From: an uncultured delta proteobacterium
Lineage (GTDB): Bacteria; Desulfobacterota; Binatia; Binatales; Binataceae
Direction: 5' to 3'
DNA: 64,000 nt
Assembly: GCA_963773975.1 (NCBI GenBank)
Contig: CAVZDJ010000011.1
Location: forward strand, 114,548 to 178,547
Positions within the stretch are counted from its first letter, which is position 1. Each line of letters starts with the position of its first letter. The position numbers and the translations under genes are program-made. The notes under the pieces are model-generated. The model was not told where the DNA came from. It did no database searches and saw only the letters and a list, made by a program, of their open reading frames with translations. Shown piece by piece: positions 36,491-44,778 of this stretch.

Positions 36491-36780
36491 TCCGAGCCCT
36501 CGCCGGCATTGTTTATGGCGCAGGGAGAGCGCAGGCCGCTATCTGAGGCCTCGCCCGCATCGCTTATGGCGCAGGGAGAGCGCAAGCCCCTATCTGAGCC
36601 CTCGCCCGCATTGTTTGCGGGAGAGGGTGTGGGTGAGGGTCCATTGCAGCGCGGGTGTTTGTTCTTGTCGCACGCAACTTCATGCAGAAGGAGCGCCGCG
36701 CGCAGTCGGAATTGCAGGGACACCGCGAAGGGCCCCTCACCCTACCCTCTCCCGCGCATGATCGCGGGCGAGGGCATGAA
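36491..36780. repeat. REP/BIME-like cluster: three tandem ~52-bp units plus one inverted unit
   Basis: Units at 36491-36543, 36544-36594, 36595-36644 (consensus GAGCCCTCGCCCGCATTGTTTGCGGGAGAGGGTGTGGGTGAGGGTCC) and an inverted copy at 36731-36777. Each unit has an internal hairpin CCCTCGCCCGC/GCGGGAGAGGG. Confidence 0.85.
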
Positions 36781-36905
36781 AAGAAAACCGGGCGGTCGAT
36801 GCGAGTGTCGGTAAAACAAGTTGAAACAAGTGGACGGCGATGAGGTCACGCGAGTCAATCAGTAAAGCGACCCGCAGCCGGCCAAGTTGCAACGATTCCT
36901 TCCGG

Positions 36906-36943
36906 CCCCCTCTCCTTGTCCAAGGAGAGGGTTGGGAAGAGGT
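36906..36943. repeat. third palindromic REP type (CCCTCTCCTTG-tc-CAAGGAGAGGG)
   Basis: Perfect 11-bp arms read directly. Confidence 0.75.
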
Positions 36944-36989
36944 ACGGTGGCCGCTTTGCGCGATTCGCCGGAAATGGCTGCGGCACAGC

Positions 36990-37310
36990 GTGTCTAAGAC
37001 AATCGCCACGCTCATTCTCGCATTCGCGCTCGCCGGCTGCGCCGCCGGTGCGGGGCCCGCCCCCACGGTACGCCCGCTGATGGTGCAGGTGCCGGTGCTG
37101 CACGAGACCCCGTGTCCGGCGCCCGTGCTCGCCGACCCCGCCCTGCCGCTTGCCGGACTGCGGCCCGAATCGCCGCCGGCCGACACGATGCGCGCGTATG
37201 CGGCGGCGGTGGCGATCCTCAAAGGCGCGGTACGCGAGCGCGACGCGGTGCTCGCAGGATGCGCGCGCGCGGATCGGCCCGCGCCCGCCCAAGCGGAGAA
37301 TATTCAATGA
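36990..37310 (+). CDS. Pro-rich lipoprotein, o-spanin (Rz1)-like candidate (GTG start proposed)
   Basis: Lipobox 'LAFALAGCAA', Pro-rich mature part, and Cys near the C-terminus. Its stop overlaps the next ATG (ATGA at 37307). Confidence 0.4.
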   Translation: MSKTIATLILAFALAGCAAGAGPAPTVRPLMVQVPVLHETPCPAPVLADPALPLAGLRPESPPADTMRAYAAAVAILKGAVRERDAVLAGCARADRPAPAQAENIQ

Positions 37311-37546
37311 AGTTCGTGAGTGACTGCCTGACCGGGAAGGACAACCTGACCTACGACGCGGGCCGGGTGATCGGCGTGCTGGGGGCGCTGATGTACGTCG
37401 CGTTCTGGGTGGTGCAGGTGGTGGCGACCTGGCGCTTCACGCCGGGCGACGCCGACGCCTACGGACGCGGGCTCGGGATGGTGTTGCTGGCGATGGCCGG
37501 GGCGCTCGCACTCAAGTCGCATACGGAGCCCGAACGCAAATTATGA
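37307..37546 (+). CDS. small two-TM phage membrane protein
   Basis: 'VIGVLGALMYVAFWVVQVV' and 'LGMVLLAMAGALAL'. Translationally coupled on both sides. Confidence 0.45.
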   Translation: MKFVSDCLTGKDNLTYDAGRVIGVLGALMYVAFWVVQVVATWRFTPGDADAYGRGLGMVLLAMAGALALKSHTEPERKL

Positions 37547-37875
37547 ACTGGGACGCGCTTGCCACGATGGCGGCGGCGCTGATGGCGTTTATCGCGCTCA
37601 ACGCGGGGACGCTGCGCTGGCTGTTCGAGCGCCATGAAAGCGTACAGGCCGATCAGTTAGCCTCGCTCAAGCGCGAGGGCAGCGACTTCTCGCACGAGAT
37701 CGAACGAGAAATGATGCGGCTCAAGGCGCAGCTGCCGCTGGAGTACGTGCGGCGCGAGGACTGGATCCGTTTCTCGAGCACGCTCGACGCCAAGCTCGAC
37801 GCGATGCGCAACGAGCTGCGCGACGAGATCAACGAACTCAAGGAACGCCTCGGCGAGCGGATCGAGGCGCTTTAG
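37543..37875 (+). CDS. membrane-anchored coiled-coil phage protein
   Basis: N-terminal TM 'MAAALMAFIALNAG' followed by heptad-rich sequence. 4-nt overlap with the upstream ORF. Confidence 0.45.
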   Translation: MNWDALATMAAALMAFIALNAGTLRWLFERHESVQADQLASLKREGSDFSHEIEREMMRLKAQLPLEYVRREDWIRFSSTLDAKLDAMRNELRDEINELKERLGERIEAL

Positions 37876-37919
37876 CCAGCGCCGCCCGGCCTCCAGCGTG
37901 AGCGGATGAACAGTCAAAG

Positions 37920-38240
37920 GTGACCCGGATGGATGCGATGAACCTGGAGCAGAAACAGCGCGAGGAAGCTCGCTGGCGGATCCTGCGCGTGCTCGACGCC
38001 GGCCGCCCGATCGCGGTCTCGGAAACTATCGTGTGGCGCGTGCTGGCCGATATCAAACTCACGATCACGCTCAACGCGCTGCGCCGCGAGTTGAGCTACC
38101 TGCGCGACCGCGGCCTGGCCGAAATCGAGGGCGAGGACAACGAGACCTGGTTCGCGCGGCTGACCGCGAGCGGGGTCGACGTGGTCGAGTACACGGCGCC
38201 GGCGCCGGCCGGGATCGCGCGCCCGCGCAAATATTGGTGA
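37920..38240 (+). CDS. small winged-helix-like phage protein
   Basis: Coding-like GC3. 'LNALRRELSYLRDRGLAEIEG' resembles a wHTH recognition-helix/wing segment. Confidence 0.4.
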   Translation: MTRMDAMNLEQKQREEARWRILRVLDAGRPIAVSETIVWRVLADIKLTITLNALRRELSYLRDRGLAEIEGEDNETWFARLTASGVDVVEYTAPAPAGIARPRKYW

Positions 38241-38303
38241 GGGCGCGGTGATGCGGGCGACCACCGGGCGAGCTTTTTGTCCGAACTTCTCTTTTGACCC
38301 CTT

Positions 38304-38344
38304 GGGTCATCCTTCGACTCCGGCAGCCTGCGCTCAGGATGACC
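38304..38344. repeat. inverted repeat GGTCATCCT...AGGATGACC (fourth REP-like type)
   Basis: 9-bp arms separated by ~22 nt, in the intergenic region before the gp27-like gene. Confidence 0.6.
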
Positions 38345-38423
38345 GAAGAAAGCCAGACGGCATGGGCCTTGTCGACAATGAGCCGAACGGCAGCGGCACG
38401 AGCCACGAAATCGGAGCGGCGAC

Positions 38424-39209
38424 GTGAAGGTCACTGAAAAAAGCCCGGCGGAGGGGATCGCGGCGGCGGGCGCGAACAAGCTTCCATACAGCGGCAAGAT
38501 CAAAAGATTGCCGCCCGATTTGCGCGCCGAATTCGATCGCCGCCTGGTCGCGGGCGCGTTCACCGACTATCGCGGGCTCGCGCGCTGGCTCCGCGAGAAC
38601 GGCTACTCCATCAGCCACGGGTCGCTCGCCCGCTATGGCCGAGCGCTCGACCGCAAGCTCGCAGCGCTCAAGCTCGCCACGCAACAGGCCCGCGCGGTGG
38701 TCGAGGCCGCCGGCGGCGCCGACGACACGGTCAACGAGGGCTTGATGCGCCTGGTGCAGGGCGACCTGTTCCGGGTGCTGGTCGAGCTGAAGGAAACCGA
38801 CACCGAGAAGGTCGACGTCAACGCGCTCGCGCGCAACGTCGCTTCGATCTGCCGCTCGTCGGTGCAGATGCGGCGGGCGGCCGAAGAAATGCGCAACGGA
38901 ATCGGACGGCGGGTGCTCGCGGCCGAGCGCGAGGTGGTCGCGGCGGCACGCAGAGGATCGCACGGCGGCTTATCGGCCGCAGCCGAGAAGCGGATCCGCG
39001 CGGCGCTGCTCGAGATCGCGGAAATGCCGGTGATAGCGCCCGAGTGCGACGAAGCGTCGGTCGCAGCACATCGGCTGGCGGGCGCCGCAAGCGGCGAGCG
39101 ATCCAGCGAAGCAGCGGCGCGGTCCGTGGGCGAAACGATCGCGGCGGCCGAACCGCGCGTCGAAGAGATGGTTACGCCAGTACAAGGCGCATCGCGGAGC
39201 GAGCGATGA
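38424..39209 (+). CDS. Mu gp27-like protein (DUF3486), putative small terminase
   Basis: 'KIKRLPPDLRAEFDRRLVAG.FTDYRGLARWLRENGYSISHGSLARYG' parallels the FluMu gp27 N-terminus. Lies immediately before TerL. Confidence 0.65.
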   Translation: MKVTEKSPAEGIAAAGANKLPYSGKIKRLPPDLRAEFDRRLVAGAFTDYRGLARWLRENGYSISHGSLARYGRALDRKLAALKLATQQARAVVEAAGGADDTVNEGLMRLVQGDLFRVLVELKETDTEKVDVNALARNVASICRSSVQMRRAAEEMRNGIGRRVLAAEREVVAAARRGSHGGLSAAAEKRIRAALLEIAEMPVIAPECDEASVAAHRLAGAASGERSSEAAARSVGETIAAAEPRVEEMVTPVQGASRSER

Positions 39210-39246
39210 GCGTTTCGATCTCTTTGCTACTTTCCGCTTCTTCCTC

Positions 39247-39279
39247 TGAGCCCTCGCCCGCATTGTTTGCGGGAGAGGG
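39247..39279. repeat. solo REP unit of the same family
   Basis: gagccctcgcccgcattgtttgcgggagagggc lies between the gp27-like and TerL genes. Confidence 0.8.
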
Positions 39280-39303
39280 CAATAAAAAGAAAACAGCCGA
39301 AGA

Positions 39304-41025
39304 ATGAGCAGCGCCGCAAGTGTCGGTGAAAAAGGAGATGAGGCGATGAATCGCAAGACTAGCCGAGCGCGCAAGGATGACGGCGGCGCGCCCTTGCCGG
39401 CGCGGCCGCGGCGCGCCCCAACTGACAAAATCGCCCGCCAGATCGCCGACCAGTCCGGCGGCAAGCCCGGCGACAAACCTCCCCCAAGCGCGATCCACAC
39501 CGTCGCGCGCGACGTGCTGCTGCCCTACCAGGTGCGCTGGATCGCCGACGACGCCGCGGTCAAGGTGGCCGAGAAATCGCGCCGCGTCGGAATCACCTGG
39601 GCCGAGGCCGCCGACGCCGCGCTCGCGGCCGCCGCCACGGCCGGGATGGACACCTGGTATCTCGGTTACAACCGCGACATGGCGCGCGAGTTTGTCGAGA
39701 CCGCGGCCGCGTGGGCGCGCCAGTTCAACAAGGCGGCGCACGCGATCGAGGAGGTGGTGCTCGACGATGAGCGCCGCGACCTGCTGGCGTACCGGATCCG
39801 CTTCGCCTCCGGGCACAAGATCGTCGCGCTCAGCTCGCGTCCCTCCAACCTGCGCGGCAAACAGGGGCGCGCCGTGATCGACGAGGCCGCCTTCCACGAC
39901 AACCTGCCCGAACTGATGAAGGCCGCGCTGGCGTTCACGATGTGGGGCGGGCTGGTGCGCGTGATCTCGACCCACAACGGCGCCGAGAACCCGTTCAACG
40001 AACTGGTCAACGACATCCGCGCCGGGCGCCGTCCGTATTCGCTCCATCGCGTGACGCTCGACGACGCGCTGGCCGAGGGATTGTACCATCGGATCTGTCA
40101 GAAGGCCGGGCGGCGCTTCAGCCCGGCGGCCGAGCGCGAGTGGCGCGAGCGGATCTTCGCCGAGTACGGCGACGCCGCGAACGAGGAGCTCTTGTGCGTG
40201 CCGCGCGCGAGCGCGGGCGCGTTTTTGAGCTCGATGCTGATCGAGAGCCGGATGCGCGCGGGCGTGCCGGTGCTGCGCTGGGAAGTGGCGGCCGAGTTCA
40301 GCGAGCGGCCCGAGGACTATCGCGTCGGGGCGGCGCGCGAGTGGTGCGAGCGCAATCTCGACCCGGCGCTCAAGGGGCTGGACAACCTGATGAGCGCGTT
40401 CGGCGAGGACTTCGGGCGCAGCGGCGATCTCAGCGTCTTCTGGCCGCTGCAGATCGCGCCCAACCTGGTGCGGCGCACGCCGTTCGTGGTTGAGCTCCGC
40501 CGGGTGCCGTTCCGCCAGCAGGAGCAGATCCTGTTCTATATCGTGGACCGGCTGCCGCGGCTGATCGGCGGCGCGCTGGACGCGCGCGGCAACGGGCAGT
40601 ACCTGGCCGAGACCGCGCGCCAGCGCTACGGCGCGCGGGTCGAGCAGGTGATGCTCTCGGCGCAGTGGTATCGCGACAACATGCCGCGCTACAAGGCGGC
40701 GTTCGAGGACGGGATGGTCGAGTTGCCGCGCGACGCGGAAATTCTCGCGGACCATCGCGCGCTCGAAATCGAACACGGCTACGCGCACATCTCCGAGCGG
40801 CGCGATCAGAAGGGACGTCACGGCGACGCCGCGATCGCCGGCGCGCTCGCCTACTACGCGAGCAGTATCCGCGCGCAGGAAATTTCGTACACGCCGGCGC
40901 CGCGGCGCGCCGCCGCGCTGAAGTCCCTGGGCGGCGAGCGCGATTCGTTCGGCCCGCCCCAGGAGGCCGAGGCGGCGCCGCTGGTTGCGCGCGGCGGGCG
41001 CTCGCGCGCCTGGGCGTGGCTGTGA
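39304..41025 (+). CDS. terminase large subunit (Mu gp28-like)
   Basis: 'LLPYQVRWIADDAAVKVAEKSRRVGITWA', 'AVIDEAAFH' (Walker B-like), C-terminal nuclease region 'HGDAAIAGALA'. Confidence 0.8.
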   Translation: MSSAASVGEKGDEAMNRKTSRARKDDGGAPLPARPRRAPTDKIARQIADQSGGKPGDKPPPSAIHTVARDVLLPYQVRWIADDAAVKVAEKSRRVGITWAEAADAALAAAATAGMDTWYLGYNRDMAREFVETAAAWARQFNKAAHAIEEVVLDDERRDLLAYRIRFASGHKIVALSSRPSNLRGKQGRAVIDEAAFHDNLPELMKAALAFTMWGGLVRVISTHNGAENPFNELVNDIRAGRRPYSLHRVTLDDALAEGLYHRICQKAGRRFSPAAEREWRERIFAEYGDAANEELLCVPRASAGAFLSSMLIESRMRAGVPVLRWEVAAEFSERPEDYRVGAAREWCERNLDPALKGLDNLMSAFGEDFGRSGDLSVFWPLQIAPNLVRRTPFVVELRRVPFRQQEQILFYIVDRLPRLIGGALDARGNGQYLAETARQRYGARVEQVMLSAQWYRDNMPRYKAAFEDGMVELPRDAEILADHRALEIEHGYAHISERRDQKGRHGDAAIAGALAYYASSIRAQEISYTPAPRRAAALKSLGGERDSFGPPQEAEAAPLVARGGRSRAWAWL

Positions 41026-41042
41026 GGCGCGAGTTCTTTCTG

Positions 41043-41230
41043 CGCCCTCGCCCGCATTGTTTGCGGGAGAGGGTGTGGGTGAGGGTCCATTATGTAGGCG
41101 ATTCGCTTCGAAGCGCGTGCTTTGAGATCTGCCCGGCAGAAAGAACGCGGCGCGCAGTCTGAAAAAAGAGGCGCGCCGCGGAAGGAACCCTCACCCTACC
41201 CTCTCCCGCGCACAATCGCGGGCGAGGGCA
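41043..41230. repeat. BIME/MITE-like element: two inverted REP units flanking ~97 bp
   Basis: Forward unit at 41043-41090 and inverted unit at 41187-41230. The internal 'cgcggcgcgcagtctgaaaa' resembles the internal 'gccgcgcgcagtcggaa' of the 36.6-kb copy. Confidence 0.8.
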
Positions 41231-41274
41231 ATTGAAGAAGAGCGGGAAAGAGATCAGAAAAAAATGGTGGAAAA

Positions 41275-42696
41275 ATGAAATTGTATGACGCGTACGGTCG
41301 CGAGGTCGACCCCGCTGGGCTGCGCGAAGAGCAGGCCGCGCCCACCATGGCCGGCGTGCGCAATATCTACTCGGTGATGCATCCGTCGGTCGGCCTCACG
41401 CCCGAAAAACTGATCGCGATTCAGCGCGAGGCCGAAGCCGGCGATCCCTATCTCTATCTCGAACTGGCCGAGGAGATGGAGGAGAAGGACCTGCATTACC
41501 TGGCCGTGATCAGCACCCGCAAACAGGCGGTCGCCGGCGCCGAGCTGATCGTCACGCCGGCTTCCGAAGCGGCCGAGGACCTGCGCGCGGCCGACCTGGT
41601 GCGCGACTTCGTCGGCGGCGGCGCGTTCGACCTCGAAAGCGCGCTCTACGATATCCTCGACGCCGTCGGCAAGGGTTTCTCGGCGACCGAGATCATGTGG
41701 GACACGGCCGGGCGCGAATGGATCCCCAAGCGCCTGATGTGGCGCGACCCGCGCTGGTTCATGTTCGACTGGATCTCGGGCGAGGAACTGCTGGTGCGCA
41801 CGCTGCGCGACGAAGGACCGCTGGTGCCGGCCGACGCGGCGGCAGTTGCGCCCGCAAGCCCGTCGCCCGCCGCGCCGCGCGCGGGCGGATCGCATTACCG
41901 GGGCTCGCGCTGGTACGCGGGGACCGGCGACGATGCGCGGATCGGAATCCAGCCGCTCACGGCGCCGCTTGCGCCGTTCAAGTTTATCGTGCACGTGGCC
42001 AAGGCCAAGGCCGGATTGCCGGTGCGCGGCGGACTCGCGCGCGCGGCCGGATGGGCCTACCTGTTCAAAAATTACGTGCTCAAGGATTGGGTGACGTTCG
42101 CGGAGATTTTCGGCCAGCCGCTGCGGCTGGGCAAATACAGCCCCGGCGCGACCGAGGCCGACAAGCAGGCGCTGCTCAGCGCGGTCGCGAATATCGGCAC
42201 CGACGCGGCCGCCATCATCCCGGAATCGATGCTGATCGAATTCGTCGAGACGCGCGGGGCCGGCGGCGCCGAGGTCTACGAGCGCTTCTGCGAGTACCTC
42301 GACAAGCAGGTGAGCAAGGCGGTGCTGGGGCAGACGCTCACCACCGAGACACCGCGCGAGGGCGGCGGCTCGCGCGCGGCGGCGCAAGTCCACGACGCGG
42401 TGCGCCGCGACATCATGGAGTCCGACGCGCGACGCCTGGGCGCCACGCTCACGCGCGACCTGGGGCGGCCGATCGTCGATCTCAACCTCGGACCACAACG
42501 CCGCTATCCGCGGATCGCGCTCGGCCTTTCCGCCGACAACGACGTCAAGCTGTTTGCCGACATGGTGGCCGAGCTGGCCGACCGCGGCCTGCGGATCGGC
42601 CAGCGCGAGGTGCTGCGGCGGCTCGGGCTGCCGGAGGCGGCAGCCGACGAGCCGCTGCTGGAGCCGGCGGCGGCGGCGGGGGGACGCCGCGCGTAG
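41275..42696 (+). CDS. portal protein (Mu gp29-like, DUF935)
   Basis: 'LTPEKLIAIQREAEAGDPYLYLELAEEMEEKDLHYLAVISTRKQAVAG' is the characteristic DUF935 N-terminal block. Confidence 0.8.
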   Translation: MKLYDAYGREVDPAGLREEQAAPTMAGVRNIYSVMHPSVGLTPEKLIAIQREAEAGDPYLYLELAEEMEEKDLHYLAVISTRKQAVAGAELIVTPASEAAEDLRAADLVRDFVGGGAFDLESALYDILDAVGKGFSATEIMWDTAGREWIPKRLMWRDPRWFMFDWISGEELLVRTLRDEGPLVPADAAAVAPASPSPAAPRAGGSHYRGSRWYAGTGDDARIGIQPLTAPLAPFKFIVHVAKAKAGLPVRGGLARAAGWAYLFKNYVLKDWVTFAEIFGQPLRLGKYSPGATEADKQALLSAVANIGTDAAAIIPESMLIEFVETRGAGGAEVYERFCEYLDKQVSKAVLGQTLTTETPREGGGSRAAAQVHDAVRRDIMESDARRLGATLTRDLGRPIVDLNLGPQRRYPRIALGLSADNDVKLFADMVAELADRGLRIGQREVLRRLGLPEAAADEPLLEPAAAAGGRRA

Positions 42697-42800
42697 CGCG
42701 GCGGGCCGCCGTCGCCGGCAGATGGTGTGTCCGCCCTCGCGGCTTGCGCGAGCGTCGCGCCTAACGGCGCGGCGCACGCGCCAACGCCGCGGCGGCGGGC

Positions 42801-42841
42801 GGGCGGATGGCGCGGGGGCGTAGCCCCCGCGCCATCCGCCC
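42801..42841. repeat. perfect 18-bp-stem hairpin (GGGCGGATGGCGCGGGGG / loop CGTAG / CCCCCGCGCCATCCGCCC)
   Basis: Read directly. Lies between the convergent portal gene and the 42881-43495 gene. No T-tract. Confidence 0.8.
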
Positions 42842-42880
42842 CTCCCGCAGGGGGCGCTTCGATACGCTGGCGCTGCGGCG

Positions 42881-43495
42881 CTACGGCAGTGTCTTTGTCG
42901 GCTTGCCGTCGGCGCCATACAGCGTCAGCGACGGACTGTTGTCGTTGCTCAGCACCATCGCCGCGCGCGTCTTGCCGTCGGAGTCGAGCAACGCAAGGCC
43001 GGGCGAGCCAGCCTCGGTGATGTCCAACCCCACCCGCGCACTTTTTTCGTCATAGAGCCTCAGCGTGGGCTCGCCGCCGATCGCGACGTCGAAGGTGGCG
43101 CGCAGATGCTCCAGGCGGTCGAGCAGGGCGAGGCCCGAGCGCCCTTCGCCAGTCACGCCGATAGCCGCCTGTGAGATTCCGCTGCTGGAATAGAAGCGCG
43201 CGCGCGCGGTGCCCTTCAAATCCACGCCGATCGAGGCGCGCAGGGTCTTGCCGGTCGGCCCGTAGAACTCGAGCAGCGGCTCGCCGCGCTCCATCACAAG
43301 CTCGGCCCGCTTGATTCCCATCCGATCGACCAGGATGAACTGCTCGGCCGTGACCGCGCGCACATGACGGGTCGCGGCCTCGGCGGCCGCCGCCGGCCAG
43401 AGCCGCCCCGGCAATCCTGAACTGGCCGCTAGCGCGCCAACAAGTCCGCCGGCGATCGCCATGACAAAATTACTCCAACGGTCTTTATTGATCAT
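42881..43495 (-). CDS. membrane-anchored/secreted repeat protein, unknown function
   Basis: N-terminal TM 'FVMAIAGGLVGALAA'. Reiterated '..G.P.L.LYD..GK.RA.L' beta-like units. Confidence 0.5.
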   Translation of the reverse strand: MINKDRWSNFVMAIAGGLVGALAASSGLPGRLWPAAAAEAATRHVRAVTAEQFILVDRMGIKRAELVMERGEPLLEFYGPTGKTLRASIGVDLKGTARARFYSSSGISQAAIGVTGEGRSGLALLDRLEHLRATFDVAIGGEPTLRLYDEKSARVGLDITEAGSPGLALLDSDGKTRAAMVLSNDNSPSLTLYGADGKPTKTLP

Positions 43496-44262
43496 CTCTT
43501 GCCCCTTTCGTGAAGCGACGAATCGTTGCGGCCCGGATGAACGCCCGCAAAGGGGCAACCCGAGAGCCGCCCCCATCGTATAAAACGCTTCGGGCATTGT
43601 GCGATAGAAAGGGACCTCGAGATCGCAGGGAAACTGGTAGGTGCCCGCCGCCGCGCGTCGGGGGGCGCGCGGCGGCGGGTGTTGAGAGTGGCGCGGCCGG
43701 GGTCAGCGAACTACGCCACCGGGGGTAAACGGAAGGAAACTAGTCGGGGGGAGTGCGGCCTCTGGACTTTCACGGTTTGCGCATGTCATCGAGGACCGCC
43801 GGAGGCGGTCCTGATCACCTTGCCATTCCATCGCCAGGCGCGTTCGCGATCGGACCTGCGGGAGCGCCGATATGCGTCGGCGCTAATCGCGATTGCTTCC
43901 TGCATTGCTCGATGTCCCACCCTTCCATCGACTCTCCGCGCCCGTCACGCCGCGATATTCTGGTCCGGCATGGCTGATGATGTCTCATTTCGAAACATCA
44001 TACATCTAATCTAAACATGTTTGAACACTCATTGCAACTGCTAAAGATAAATGAAGGTCTAATATTCGAGATAGTCCCGATACAACGTCTAAAAAATGAG
44101 CAAATCGTCAGATTTTGTAATTATTCGTCCAATGCTTCATTTTAAGCTTCACATAGCCGAAATTTAGTTCGATCGCGTGTAACACGCGAGGTTCTGAACC
44201 TCGGGCTTCTGGACTGTACCGGCTCTAGCCGAATCGTTAGAGTTTTTAAGGGCTTTACAAAA

Positions 44263-44778
44263 ATGAACATTCGGCGCTTGATACCCATGCTGTTCTTCGC
44301 AGGAAGTCTCCTTCTTATAGGTCTACCTTCCATCGCACGCGCCACCTTGGGCGGGCAGGCCGCGTCGGTCGCCGCTGACGCCGCGCAAATGAATGCGAGC
44401 GAGGGCGTCAACACCGCGCGACCGCTGCCGGGACTGCCGGCGCATGCGGCCCCGGCCTCGGCCAACTTCGCCGTCGAGCGGATGACGACGCCGGAGGGCA
44501 CCGTGGTGAGCGAATATATCGGCCAAAGCGGAACAGTTTTCGCGGTGACGTGGCGCGGACCGGCCCCGCCCGACGTCGCGACGCTACTCGGGACTTACTT
44601 CAAACAGTACACCGACGCCGCCAACGCCGGCGCGCCAGGTTCCTTTGGACTCCATGCGTCGTCGGTACATGCGAGCGACGTGACGGTCGACACCGCGGGC
44701 AACATGGCCTTGTTCTGGGGACGCGCGTATCTTCCTGCCGCCCTACCGGCGGGCGTTAGTCTTTCGGAGATCAAATGA
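44263..44778 (+). CDS. secreted DUF2844-like protein (cassette copy 1)
   Basis: Signal peptide 'LLLIGLPSIARA'. ~45% identical by eye to the 57923-58426 product. Stop overlaps the next start (ATGA 44775-44778). Confidence 0.6.
   Translation: MNIRRLIPMLFFAGSLLLIGLPSIARATLGGQAASVAADAAQMNASEGVNTARPLPGLPAHAAPASANFAVERMTTPEGTVVSEYIGQSGTVFAVTWRGPAPPDVATLLGTYFKQYTDAANAGAPGSFGLHASSVHASDVTVDTAGNMALFWGRAYLPAALPAGVSLSEIK

Larger units (their letters stand above)
30761..42696. mobile_element. decayed Mu-like (transposable-phage-type) prophage remnant
   Basis: Ordered repressor - Mor-like - GH108 lysis cassette - gp27-like (DUF3486) - TerL - DUF935 portal. No transposase, head or tail genes. REP elements occupy the intergenic regions. 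Confidence 0.6.

Noticed and set aside
36491-36644. Tandem ~52-bp repeats as a possible CRISPR array
   Set aside because: The units are contiguous with no unique spacers, are imperfect, and belong to a dispersed REP family also found in inverted pairs. There are no cas genes in the window.
39172-42918. 549-aa and 554-aa minus-strand ORFs opposite the terminase and portal genes; likewise 24983-26599 opposite the aminoacylase gene
   Set aside because: Same reasoning. These are antisense shadow ORFs lacking any family signature.
43626-43700. 'CAGGGAAACTGGTAGGTGCC' resembling the cobalamin-riboswitch core
   Set aside because: The downstream B12-box and pairing elements are not present, and no plausible regulated gene follows (the next plus-strand gene is about 600 nt away and unrelated).
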